Source of the DNA: an uncultured delta proteobacterium
Lineage (GTDB): Bacteria > Desulfobacterota > Binatia > UBA9968
DNA length: 64,000 bases
Direction of reading: 5' to 3'
Assembly (NCBI GenBank): GCA_963816145.1
Contig: CAWFJP010000011.1
Coordinates: 320,001-384,000, forward strand
Under the pieces are notes generated by a model. That model did no database searches. It was not told the origin of the DNA and was given only the letters and a program-made list of their open reading frames with translations. The translations under genes were made by a program, and so were the position numbers. Positions 1 to 9,201 of this stretch are shown here, one piece after another; the first letter of the stretch is position 1, and each line of letters opens with the position of its first letter.

Positions 1-73
1 CCGGCAGCCACCAAGGCGGGGTGTAAATAGAATTCACTAATCCGGTTTTCTCGCCCGCGTCAGCGACCTGCAT

Positions 74-116
74 TCGAACGATTTGAACCATTTGAACGGC
101 TTGAACGTTTTGAACG
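74..116. repeat. Tandem 9-mer array (TTGAACNNN x ~5) immediately 3' of putA
   Basis: tcgaacgat-ttgaaccat-ttgaacggc-ttgaacgtt-ttgaacg read directly; related arrays at 6522, 42358 and 45103. Confidence 0.9.
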
Positions 117-119
117 CGT

Positions 120-3050
120 TCATTTCTTCCGCCGCTCCGGCACGAATCCGTGGCGCGAAGTGTTTTCCGATACTGTCCGCGGTTCGACAAACTGCAAGAG
201 ATAATCCGGCCCGCCCGCCTTGGAACCTATGCCGGACAGTTTCAAACCACCGAAGGGCTGGCGCTCGACAACGGCGCCGGTGATGCCGCGATTGATATAA
301 AGATTGCCGACGCGAAAATCCTTGCGCGCTTGTTCGATATGCGCCGGCGAGCGCGAAAAGATGCCGCCGGTCAAGGCGAATTCCGAATCATTAGCGATCG
401 CCAAGGCGTGATTGAAGTCCTCGGCTTTGAGCACCGACAACACCGGCCCGAAGATTTCTTCCCGCGCCAGCCGGCTCTTCGGATCGACGTCGCGAAAAAT
501 CGTCGGCCCGATAAAAAATCCGCCCGCCGGCGCAGTCATTTCGAGCACGCACTTGGCTTGCCGCTTGCCGAACTGAATATATTCGGCGATCCGCTCGCGA
601 GCTTCCGCATCGATCACTGGGCCGATGGCGTTGCCAGGATCTTCCGGTGGGCCGATCTTGAGGCTGCCCACAGCGTCGACCAGCCGGCGCAGAAATCGAT
701 CATGCACTTCGCTCAGTAGAATAACCCGCGAAGCCGCCGAACACTTCTGCCCTTGGTAACCGAAGGCGGAATCGATGACATGCACCACCGCTTCGTCGAG
801 ATCGGCATCGTTGTCGACGATCACGCCATTCTTGCCGCCCATCTCGCAGACCACCCGCTTCACATGGGTTTGCCCGGCCCGATGGGTGTAGGCTTCGCGG
901 AGGATTTCCAGGCCGACCTGGCGCGAACCGGTGAAGGCGATCAAGTGAATCTTGGGCGAGCGGACAAAATGGGCGCCGATGTTACCGCCGCCTTGAAGCA
1001 ATTGACAGGCGCCGTCCGGCAATCCCGCCGATTGAAGAATATTGAGCAGCTGCGCGCCCATGATCGGCGCCTGCTCGGCCGGCTTCATGAGCACACAATT
1101 GCCGGTCGCCAGCGCCGCCGCGGTCATGCCGGTGAGAATCGCCAGGGGAAAGTTCCACGGCGCAATGACCGCGGCCAGACCGCGCGGCTCATAAAAATAT
1201 GTATTGGCCTCGCTCGGCAACTGCTGGGTTTCGCGCGCCGGGGCGAGCCGCAACATTTCGTGCGCATAGTAATCGAGATAGTCGATCGCCTCGCAAACAT
1301 CGGCATCCGCTTCGCGCCAACCCTTGCCGACTTCGAACAGCTCAGTCGCCGCCAGTTGCCAGCGCCGTTGGCGCATGATCTCGGCGGCTTTGAATAGAAT
1401 CTCCGCCCGTTCGGCGGCCGGAGTGGCGCGCCACTCGGGGAAAAAGAGCGCCGCCTTATCGATCGCTTTTTCGGTCTCGGCGATGCTTGCCGGCCGCACC
1501 CGGCCGACCACCTCGCCGGGGTTCGCCGGATTTACCGACTCAAGCCAGCTACCGCTGCTACTGCGGCGCCGTTGCCTCTGCCATTCGCCGCGGACTTCCT
1601 GGAGAGTCGCGGCAAAGCGTTGCCGATTATCTAGCCGTGAAAAATCGATCAGCGCTTGATTGCGAAACCGTTGCCGACCACCCGCTTCGTCATCGGCTTG
1701 AACAGCGGAAATCGCCGATGCCGGCGCTTTGGTCAAACTCTCGACCGCCTTTTTCTCGGCGTAGGTCTGGCGCAGGAAGGAAGTATTAGACGTATTCTCC
1801 ATCAAGCGCCGGATCAGATAAGAGATGCCGGGCAGCAGTTCGCCAACAGGCAAATAAACCCGCACGCGCTGGCCGTTTTGAATGATCGCTTGGCGCACCG
1901 GCTCGGCCATGCCGTAGAGCATCTGCATCTCGTAGCCTTTGACGGGCACGCCGATCTCCTTGGCTGCGACGATGGCATGGGCCAGGCTGCGCAGATTGTG
2001 GCTGCCGAAGGCGGCATCGATGACATCATGGGCTTCGAGCAGCATGCGGCTCAGCCGCTCGTAGTTCGCATCGGTGGCGGCTTTGTCCAGGAAGACCGGG
2101 ATCGGCCAGCTCTTTTGTTTGGCCCAAGCGATCTCGCTATCCCAGTACGCCCCCTTGACCAGGCGCACGCCGACGCGGCGGCGCTGGCCGCGCGCCCAGC
2201 GGATCAATGCGCTGACATCCTGCGCCGAATCTTTCAGGTAAGCTTGCAATGCGATCGCCGCGTCGGGCTGATCGCGGAACTCGTCCTCTGTCAGAACGCC
2301 GCGAAAAATCTCCAGGGTCAGTTCGCGAAAGCCGTTCTGCTCCATGTCGACGGTCACCGCCGCTCCCAATTGCACCGCTTGGCGCAGTAGCTCGCGCAAC
2401 CGCTGGCGCACGACCGCTTCGGTGTTGGGATCCAATGGATCGAAGCGCGCGCATAGGGACGAAAGCTTTACCGATAAATTGACCCGGGGGATTTTGCCCT
2501 TGGGCGAGTCGTCGATTTGTGGACAATCCGGCCACTTGGCGCTCGCCGCGGCGAGCCGGCGCATGAGATCGAGATAGCGCAGCTGCATCGCCGCCGCTTC
2601 GCCATCGCTCAACGTCGCCTCGCCGACGACATCGATGGTAAAGACCGCCGGCTCCTGGCGCAGGCTCGAAAGAACCGAAGGCAAATGGTTGCCGCTCTCC
2701 TCGGCGATAAAGCGGCGCGCCAGCTTGATAACGTTGCGCCGGACAATCGGCGCGACCAGAGTCCCCGCGTGCAATGCCTGCGCAAGAATCGCCAGGCCGC
2801 TCAGCGCATGATCGACCCGGGCAAAGTATTCTTCGAGGTGGCGGCCAATCTCCGAGGAAGATTCCAGGCTCGGCAGGACATCGACGAAACGGAACAGCGC
2901 CACCCGCAGCGACTCATCGTCCAACGACCAGTCGATCATCCGGCCCAACAAATCTTGCGCGTCAAACAGCGCCGGCTTCTGCCGCGCCGCCTTCTGATAC
3001 AGCGCCCGTGCCAGTTTCTGGATTTCTTGTTCTGACGTTACGTTCGCCAT
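120..3050 (-). CDS. putA: Bifunctional proline dehydrogenase / P5C (glutamate-semialdehyde) dehydrogenase, short PutA without DNA-binding domain
   Basis: PRODH motifs RLVKGAYWDSE, FGSHN, YLIRRLMENTSNTSF; ALDH motifs PWNFP, FTGS, EMGGKN, GQKCSA, EEIFGP; start set at ATG 3050 (MANVTSEQ) because the longer ORF runs through a repeat element. Confidence 0.95.
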   Translation of the reverse strand: MANVTSEQEIQKLARALYQKAARQKPALFDAQDLLGRMIDWSLDDESLRVALFRFVDVLPSLESSSEIGRHLEEYFARVDHALSGLAILAQALHAGTLVAPIVRRNVIKLARRFIAEESGNHLPSVLSSLRQEPAVFTIDVVGEATLSDGEAAAMQLRYLDLMRRLAAASAKWPDCPQIDDSPKGKIPRVNLSVKLSSLCARFDPLDPNTEAVVRQRLRELLRQAVQLGAAVTVDMEQNGFRELTLEIFRGVLTEDEFRDQPDAAIALQAYLKDSAQDVSALIRWARGQRRRVGVRLVKGAYWDSEIAWAKQKSWPIPVFLDKAATDANYERLSRMLLEAHDVIDAAFGSHNLRSLAHAIVAAKEIGVPVKGYEMQMLYGMAEPVRQAIIQNGQRVRVYLPVGELLPGISYLIRRLMENTSNTSFLRQTYAEKKAVESLTKAPASAISAVQADDEAGGRQRFRNQALIDFSRLDNRQRFAATLQEVRGEWQRQRRRSSSGSWLESVNPANPGEVVGRVRPASIAETEKAIDKAALFFPEWRATPAAERAEILFKAAEIMRQRRWQLAATELFEVGKGWREADADVCEAIDYLDYYAHEMLRLAPARETQQLPSEANTYFYEPRGLAAVIAPWNFPLAILTGMTAAALATGNCVLMKPAEQAPIMGAQLLNILQSAGLPDGACQLLQGGGNIGAHFVRSPKIHLIAFTGSRQVGLEILREAYTHRAGQTHVKRVVCEMGGKNGVIVDNDADLDEAVVHVIDSAFGYQGQKCSAASRVILLSEVHDRFLRRLVDAVGSLKIGPPEDPGNAIGPVIDAEARERIAEYIQFGKRQAKCVLEMTAPAGGFFIGPTIFRDVDPKSRLAREEIFGPVLSVLKAEDFNHALAIANDSEFALTGGIFSRSPAHIEQARKDFRVGNLYINRGITGAVVERQPFGGLKLSGIGSKAGGPDYLLQFVEPRTVSENTSRHGFVPERRKK

Positions 3051-3103
3051 GATGCGCTTTTCCAAGGTACGGTTCACTACGACAGTCGATTGGCGTCTCA
3101 GAT

Positions 3104-3193
3104 AAATCCCCCTTGTTCCCCCCTTTACAAAACGGGGATAGAGATCCCGACATCGGTTCCCCTCTTTGAAAAAGAGGGGCAAGGGGAGATTTT
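3104..3193. repeat. REP-like inverted pair (AAATCCCCC..CCCCCCTTT..AAA.GGGGA / TCCCCTCTTTGAAAAAGAGGGG..AGGGGAGATTT)
   Basis: Two mutually inverted arms, each with an internal hairpin, between divergent putA and TPP-enzyme genes. Confidence 0.75.
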
Positions 3194-3306
3194 CGTCAAA
3201 CAGTAATTGCCAATTCGATTCATTAATATCTTTACCACAATCTCATAGCCAAGCGGCAGTACAAGCGTTGTCACGCCTCCGCGACCCTGTTACGCTGAGC
3301 GCAGCG

Positions 3307-4992
3307 ATGACAACAGATTCAATGACCGGCGCCGAAGCCGCGGTGGAAATGCTCAGGCTGCACGGCGTCGAAATTATTTTCGGCCTGTGCGGCGATACCA
3401 GCTTGCCGTTTTACGACGCCTTGGCGCGTGTGCCGCACGGCATGACCCATATTCTTGCCCGCGACGAACGCTCAGCCGCCTACATGGCGGACGGTTACGC
3501 CCGTGTGTCGGGCAAGGTCGGCGTCTGCGAGGGGCCGAGCGGCGGCGGTGTCACTTACATCATCCCGGGTGTCTCTGAAGCCAACGAATCTTCGGTGCCG
3601 CTCTTGTGCATCAATAGCGACATCTCGGTCGGCGCGCGCGGCCACTACACGCTAACCGAATTGGATCAACGCGCGCTCATGCGGCCGGTGACCAAATGGA
3701 ACACCGTGCTCGATCGCGCCCAAGATCTGCCCGAGGCTTTTCGCGAAGCATTCAGACAAATCACTTCGGGCCGTCCCGGCGCGGCGCATATCGCGCTGCC
3801 CTTCGATGTGCAGAACGATATAGTGGCGCGTGCGGAAATTTACGGTGATCCAAGCTTCGGCAGTTGTCCGGCGGAGCGCAGCGCGCCTACTGCTGATGCA
3901 GTGGCAGCGGCGGCGCGCTTACTTATGCAAGCGCGCAGTCCGGTAATTATCTGCGGCGGCGGAGTTGTGATCTCGCATGCCGAGGCCGAGCTCGTCCAAC
4001 TCGCCGAACGGCTCTCGGCGTCGGTGGCGACAACCATCAGCGGCAAATGTTCCATTGACGAACAACATATGCTCGCCGTCGGCGTAGTCGGCTCCAACGG
4101 CGGCACGTTGGAGACGCGGGCGATTGTCGATCAAGCCGATCTGATTTTTTTCATCGGCTGCCGCGCCGGCTCAGTGACCACCGAACGTTGGCACCATCCA
4201 GCAAAGGGAAGTGGCAAAATAATTCATCTCGACGTCGATCCCGCGGTTCCTGGCACGAATTATCCGGCGGACGCGGCGCTGGTGGGCGACGCCAACCGCG
4301 GGCTGAAAATGTTGAATGACGCGTTGGCGGCCAGTCGCCGCCCCCTCGACGCATCCCATGTGGACGCAGCGAAGGAAATGAAATTCGCCAAATTCCAAGC
4401 GCTGGCGGAGTCCAATGAAACGCCGATCAAACCCGAGCGCGTGGTCGCCGAGTTGACGCGAGCGCTCGACCCGGACGCAATCGTGGTTGCCGACGCCGGC
4501 ACGCCTTGCCCATATCTTTCCGCCTACTATCCGGTGCGCGGCAACGGCAGAAAATTCATTTCCAACCGCGCCCACGGTGCGCTGGGTTACTCGATGGCGG
4601 CCGCCATGGGCGCGCACTTCGCGCAACCGAAAGCCAAATGCGTCGCGGTGATGGGCGACGGCAGCTTCGGCTTTACCTGCGGCGAACTGGAAACCGCCGT
4701 GCGTTATCGGCTGCCGGTTACGTTTATCGTGATCGCCAACGCCAGCTACGGTTGGATCAAAGCCGGCCAGCGTTCAGGCTATGGCCAACGATATTTTTCC
4801 GTGGATTTCGCTGTCACCGATCACGCCGCGGTAGCTTCGGCGTTCGGCGTAAAGAGTTGGCGCGTAACCGACCCGAGCGAATTAGCCAAGGTGTTAAAGG
4901 GAGCGTTGGCGCACGGCGGGCCGAGCTTGGTAGACATCGTCTGCCAGCCGTTGCAAGAAGCCAAAGCGCCGGTGTCGGAGTGGATCGCTTAA
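3307..4992 (+). CDS. Thiamine pyrophosphate-binding enzyme (acetolactate synthase large subunit-like)
   Basis: N-terminal FGLCG..RDERSAAYMADGYAR, C-terminal TPP motif MGDGSFGF...ANASYGW; start ATG 3307. Confidence 0.9.
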   Translation: MTTDSMTGAEAAVEMLRLHGVEIIFGLCGDTSLPFYDALARVPHGMTHILARDERSAAYMADGYARVSGKVGVCEGPSGGGVTYIIPGVSEANESSVPLLCINSDISVGARGHYTLTELDQRALMRPVTKWNTVLDRAQDLPEAFREAFRQITSGRPGAAHIALPFDVQNDIVARAEIYGDPSFGSCPAERSAPTADAVAAAARLLMQARSPVIICGGGVVISHAEAELVQLAERLSASVATTISGKCSIDEQHMLAVGVVGSNGGTLETRAIVDQADLIFFIGCRAGSVTTERWHHPAKGSGKIIHLDVDPAVPGTNYPADAALVGDANRGLKMLNDALAASRRPLDASHVDAAKEMKFAKFQALAESNETPIKPERVVAELTRALDPDAIVVADAGTPCPYLSAYYPVRGNGRKFISNRAHGALGYSMAAAMGAHFAQPKAKCVAVMGDGSFGFTCGELETAVRYRLPVTFIVIANASYGWIKAGQRSGYGQRYFSVDFAVTDHAAVASAFGVKSWRVTDPSELAKVLKGALAHGGPSLVDIVCQPLQEAKAPVSEWIA

Positions 4993-4993
4993 C

Positions 4994-5082
4994 TAGGCTT
5001 GAGGCGTGAGGCGACCGGCAAGAGTAAGAGATCTGGAGGCGAAATTCTTAACTCATGCCGCGTGCCTAAAGCCTCACGCCTA
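4994..5082. repeat. Inverted 7-mer tandem array (GAGGCGT-type) forming a long hairpin between convergent genes
   Basis: taggcttgaggcgtgaggcgaccggcaagagtaagag ... ttcttaactcatgccgcgtgcctaaagcctcacgccta. Confidence 0.85.
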
Positions 5083-5084
5083 TT

Positions 5085-5552
5085 TCAATTCTTCAACCGC
5101 ACCTTAGTCCCAAGACCGGCGCAATCCTCATCGGTCAGCAATCCCGCGGCGCGAATGCCATGGGCGGCGAGTTCCTCGTCCCGTTCTTGCGTGTCGCCGG
5201 TGACACCGACAGCGCCGATCACATCGCCGGCCTTGTCACGGATCAACATGCCGCCGCCTTCGGGAAAAATCTGATCCTCCGAGACCCGGATGAGATATTG
5301 CATAAACAGCGGCCGCTCTTCCGTGCGCATGCGCACGAGCGAGGAGGAACGGCCAAGTGCGAGCGCGGCGTAAGCCTTGCCGTAAGCCATTTCAAAGCGC
5401 ATCATCGCCGAGTCATCTTCTTTCTGAAAAGCTTTTACCTTGGCGCCCGGCTCGACGACAATCACACTCATCGGCCGGCAAGCCAGCTCACGGCCGCGGG
5501 TGAAGATCGCTTCGATGATGCGATTAGCTTGGTCCAGGGTGATCATGCTCAT
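5085..5552 (-). CDS. GlcG/HbpS family heme-binding protein
   Basis: ITLDQANRII, GKAYAALALG, GGGMLI..GAVGVTGDTQERDE; SD GAGG upstream. Confidence 0.85.
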   Translation of the reverse strand: MSMITLDQANRIIEAIFTRGRELACRPMSVIVVEPGAKVKAFQKEDDSAMMRFEMAYGKAYAALALGRSSSLVRMRTEERPLFMQYLIRVSEDQIFPEGGGMLIRDKAGDVIGAVGVTGDTQERDEELAAHGIRAAGLLTDEDCAGLGTKVRLKN

Positions 5553-5646
5553 GGGGCCTCCTCGATGATCTCCATGCGGTCCTGAGCGAAAAGATGGGGC
5601 GACCGGCGATCGCTCTTCGCCTGTTATCTTGCAGGAACCATAAACT

Positions 5647-6501
5647 CTAGCGAAACAACACCGCGGCCAGCTCCGACCGATACTTGTCGATCAGCGGATC
5701 GTCCGAGCCCAGCACTTCGAAGATTTGGATCATCGCCTTGCGCGCGCCGTCGTCGTTGAACTTACGGTCGGCCTTGACGACTTCGAGAAATTCCTTGAGC
5801 GCGTCATCGTACTTTTCCACGCCGGCCAGCGCCTGGGCCAATTCAAAGCGCGCTGCGATATTCTTCGGGTCGGCAGCGACCTTCTCTCGCAACGCCGCCT
5901 CGCTTTGCGCACCGCCGGCCTGCAGATTGAGCCGGGCAACCAAGCGGTCGGCTTCCTTGCGCTCATCGGCGACGATCGATATTCGATCGAGATACTCAAA
6001 CGCCGCGGCGTTATCGCCGCCGTTCATCGCCGCGCGGGCCATGCCCAACAACGCCTGGCCGTGATTGGGGTCAGCGGCCAAGATCGCTTCATAGGCGGCT
6101 TTGGCTTCAAGCAATTTTCCCTCGGCCTCAAGGACCATGGCCGCCTGAGCTTCTTTATCGCTCGCCGTCGGCAAAAACTTGGTGAGAAACTCGCGCAGCA
6201 TCGGTTCCGGCAAGGCTCCGGTAAACTCGGAGGCCAAATCGCCATCGCGAAATAATTTCACTGCGGGAATGCCTTGGATGCCGAACATGCCCGCCAAGTT
6301 GGGGTTTTCATCGACATTGAGTTTGGCGAGCACAAAGCCGCCGGCGTATTCGTCGGCCAACTTTTCCAACACCGGCCCGAGCGCTTTGCACGGCCCGCAC
6401 CACTCGGCCCAGAAGTCGACCAACACCGGCACCTCGCTGGAGCGCTCTAGCACCGCCGCTTCAAAATTCTCCTCGTTAACGTCGATCGTCCACTGACTCA
6501 T
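5647..6501 (-). CDS. ybbN: Thioredoxin-TPR co-chaperone YbbN/CnoX family
   Basis: DFWAEWCGPC thioredoxin domain, TPR repeats, C-terminal DDGARK...YRSELAAVLF. Confidence 0.9.
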   Translation of the reverse strand: MSQWTIDVNEENFEAAVLERSSEVPVLVDFWAEWCGPCKALGPVLEKLADEYAGGFVLAKLNVDENPNLAGMFGIQGIPAVKLFRDGDLASEFTGALPEPMLREFLTKFLPTASDKEAQAAMVLEAEGKLLEAKAAYEAILAADPNHGQALLGMARAAMNGGDNAAAFEYLDRISIVADERKEADRLVARLNLQAGGAQSEAALREKVAADPKNIAARFELAQALAGVEKYDDALKEFLEVVKADRKFNDDGARKAMIQIFEVLGSDDPLIDKYRSELAAVLFR

Positions 6502-6521
6502 TTGTGATTCACTCGTTTCGT

Positions 6522-6556
6522 TGGAACGTTTGGAACTGCTGGAACCATTGGAACAA
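6522..6556. repeat. Tandem 9-mer array (TGGAACNNN x4)
   Basis: tggaacgtt-tggaactgc-tggaaccat-tggaacaa between the CMD-family gene stop and the ybbN start. Confidence 0.85.
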
Positions 6557-6802
6557 CTATTTAGCGGTTACCGCTTTGGCGAGGTTGCGCACCTTGGCTG
6601 CCGCCGGACGCATGGCGTAAACCACCGCTTCGGTGATCTCATCTTCGGTTGCGCCGCACTCGCGCGCCTTGGCCAGATGTAGCTTGGCGCCGTCCTCGTG
6701 ACCGATCGCGATGCAAACGGCGAAAAACACCAGCTGCGCGGTTTTCGGATCGAGCGAACCTTCTTTGTACTTTACATTGAAAAATTCCTTTTCGACAGTC
6801 AT
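6557..6802 (-). CDS. Carboxymuconolactone decarboxylase/AhpD-like small protein (no CxxC)
   Basis: LDPKTAQL...H...A..GATEDEITEA pattern; SD AAGGAG upstream. Confidence 0.8.
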   Translation of the reverse strand: MTVEKEFFNVKYKEGSLDPKTAQLVFFAVCIAIGHEDGAKLHLAKARECGATEDEITEAVVYAMRPAAAKVRNLAKAVTAK

Positions 6803-7274
6803 GTTTTCTCCTTTATCGATTTATGGATTGATGCTCAAGATGAAAGGAGGAGGCTCAAACCCGCCCTAACAGATCCCGATTCTCTACAGTGTCCTCCCCG
6901 CCCTTTGCCGCAATCCGCTTCTTAGCCGAAAACCTACAATACGTCTTATACGCCGCTGGATCGAACGCCAAGCCGTTGAGCAGATATTCGCGCGTGACTT
7001 CGGTCGGCTTACGGATGGTTTGGCTTACCTAATAATCGCCCCCTATATCCTCCGTCAGGCAATTCGCCAAGCCCTCGGTCGCGCTTTATATATTCAGAAT
7101 TATCGGGAGAATCCAACCAGCAAAATTAACGGTTCACTTGGGGTTTGGCAAATTCTTGGGAGTCAGGTTGGGTTCACGGCGGGGCCTCACTGTCGACGCC
7201 GCAACTGTATGTGAAAGCGACCGGCGGCGCTTAAAGTGGTTTATTCTTTTATTTTCCCGGCAAATCTGCTTTAC

Positions 7275-8198
7275 ATGGCGGCGATGATACCTGGACCTAA
7301 CGATTTCCGCGTGCGCTTTTGGGGCGTGCGCGGCAGCTATCCCACCACCGGCCAAAGCACCAGCGAGATCGGCGGCGACACCTCTTGCGTTGAAATCAGC
7401 GTCGCCGGCCAGCGACTCATCTTCGACGCCGGCACTGGCATCATTCCCCTCGGCAAAGCGATTTGCCGGCGTGCCGCGAGCCATCCCACGAGTTACGTAT
7501 TTTTGAGCCATACGCATATCGATCACTTGCTGGGGCTGTATTTTTTTGAACCGCTACTGACCGCAGGCGCCCGGTCGTTTATTTACGGTCCGGGCCGGTC
7601 GAACGGTGCCTTGCAGCAAACCTTGCAGCAGTTGACCCACAGCAATCTTTTTCCGGTCACCTTCGATGATCTCAAGGGTAAGATCGAAGTTCACTCACTT
7701 GGCGGCGGCGAGACACTGCGATTTGGCGCGCCGGGCAAGCGGCTAACGGTACGTAAGCATCCACCAGCGCGCCAGAACCCGAATGGCGAATTGTCGATCA
7801 CCACCCATCAGAGCCAAGCCCATCCGCGTGAGGGCGTGATGCTTTACCGCATCGAATACCGCGGCAAGACTCTTGTCTACGCGACCGACGTCGAACAGCG
7901 GCCGGGCGGCTATACCGACGTCATCGCGTTTGCCGATGGCGCCGACATGCTGATTCATGACGCGCAGTATTTGCACGGCGAGTATTATTCCCGGACCAAG
8001 TCGAAAAAGGGTTGGGGCCATAGCACCATCGAAATGGCCGCCGAAGTCGCCGCCAAGGCGCGAGTCAAACAGCTCGTGCTGTTTCATCATGAACCGCAGC
8101 ACGACGATTCGGCGATGCGACGCATCGCCCGGCTCGGTAAAAAATTGTTCCCTGGCTCGATCGTCGCTTCTCAAGGATTGGAGTTGAAGCTGCTGTGA
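7275..8198 (+). CDS. Metallo-beta-lactamase-fold hydrolase (phosphodiesterase-like)
   Basis: FWGVRGSYP, GGDTSC, DAGTG, LSHTHIDH (HxHxDH), HDAQY, GWGHS, LFHHEP. Confidence 0.9.
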   Translation: MAAMIPGPNDFRVRFWGVRGSYPTTGQSTSEIGGDTSCVEISVAGQRLIFDAGTGIIPLGKAICRRAASHPTSYVFLSHTHIDHLLGLYFFEPLLTAGARSFIYGPGRSNGALQQTLQQLTHSNLFPVTFDDLKGKIEVHSLGGGETLRFGAPGKRLTVRKHPPARQNPNGELSITTHQSQAHPREGVMLYRIEYRGKTLVYATDVEQRPGGYTDVIAFADGADMLIHDAQYLHGEYYSRTKSKKGWGHSTIEMAAEVAAKARVKQLVLFHHEPQHDDSAMRRIARLGKKLFPGSIVASQGLELKLL

Positions 8199-9190
8199 TC
8201 GCCAAGCTGACATCACGCAGGGCAGGCGCACTGCATGCATTTGCCCTTCTGCTTATCCTCACCACGGTCGCACCGGCCCAAGCCCAGACAAAAGCACGCA
8301 TCGGCGTGCTGTTGCCGGAGCTCGGCCGGGCTCAGTCCCAGTCCGTCAAAGGATTGAACGAAGAACTCAAGCGATTAGGTTTCATCGAGCGCAAAAATCT
8401 AATTGTCGAGACCCGCAACGCCAAAGGCGACCGCGGCGCCTTGCGTCCTGCCGCCGACGAACTAATAGCGCGCAAAGTCGAGATCATTTTTACCACCGGC
8501 ACCCGCGCGACCATGGCGGCGGCCGGCGCCAGCACTGACATTCCCATCGTATTTGTCCATCCCGGCGACCCGGTCGCCGCCGGCATGGCAAAAAGTATGG
8601 GCGAGCCGCCGCGCAACATAACCGGCATCGCCGGCTTCGCTGTCGAGAAGACCGAGAAACGTTTAGCGTTATTGAAAGAACTGATTCCCGAGCTGCGCGA
8701 AGTGCATATCTTTTTCGATAGTAACAATAATTTTTCCCGTGACAACTTCGCAATTGCCCAGGCTGCGGCAAAAAAACTTGGTCTGCCGGTGATCGAACAT
8801 GGCGTCAAGTCCGCCGACGAACTGAAGACGACTCTCAGCAGCTTGCGCACCGCGCCGGGCGTGGCGCTATTTCACGTACCCGACGACCTGGTCGAAGGCG
8901 AAGCGGAGTTCATCTTCAAGACTGCTCGGCAGAAGAAATTGCCGAGCATGTTCAACGAAGAATCCTGGGCGATCCTAGGCGCCACTGCGGCCTATGGTCC
9001 GAGCTACCTTGACATGGGGCGGCGCGCCGGGGCTATGATCGGGCGCATCTTGAAAAATCCCAAGAGCGCGCTGCCGGCCATCGAACGGGCCGAAAAGTTC
9101 GAGTTCGTCATCAACTACCGGACGGCAAACTTCATGGGCTTGCAATTGCCGCCGGCGGTCTTGAAGCGTGCCGACAAGGTCATCCGCTGA
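8195..9190 (+). CDS. Orphan ABC-type substrate-binding protein (ABC_sub_bind family), paralog 1
   Basis: Signal peptide ending AQAQ, DPVAAG..NITG, C-terminal FEFVINYRTA..GL..P..VLKRADKVIR; start overlaps upstream stop (GTGA). Confidence 0.9.
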   Translation: MIAKLTSRRAGALHAFALLLILTTVAPAQAQTKARIGVLLPELGRAQSQSVKGLNEELKRLGFIERKNLIVETRNAKGDRGALRPAADELIARKVEIIFTTGTRATMAAAGASTDIPIVFVHPGDPVAAGMAKSMGEPPRNITGIAGFAVEKTEKRLALLKELIPELREVHIFFDSNNNFSRDNFAIAQAAAKKLGLPVIEHGVKSADELKTTLSSLRTAPGVALFHVPDDLVEGEAEFIFKTARQKKLPSMFNEESWAILGATAAYGPSYLDMGRRAGAMIGRILKNPKSALPAIERAEKFEFVINYRTANFMGLQLPPAVLKRADKVIR

Positions 9191-9201
9191 GCCGAACCAC
9201 C

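Noticed and set aside
74-116. GAAC direct repeats as LexA/SOS boxes, or as a CRISPR array
   Set aside because: The period is 9 nt (GAAC-N5-GAAC), not the GAAC-N7-GAAC or GAAC-N4-GTTC spacing. The arrays sit at 3' ends rather than promoters, have no spacers, and no cas genes are present.
150-3052. Numerous long + strand ORFs antisense to putA, and similar shadow ORFs throughout the window
   Set aside because: They overlap well-supported genes on the opposite strand or frame, lack family motifs, and are expected in GC-rich DNA.
3166-3306. N-terminal extensions of the TPP enzyme (from 3166) and of PutA (to 3182)
   Set aside because: They run through the palindromic repeat element; family homology starts at the downstream ATGs.
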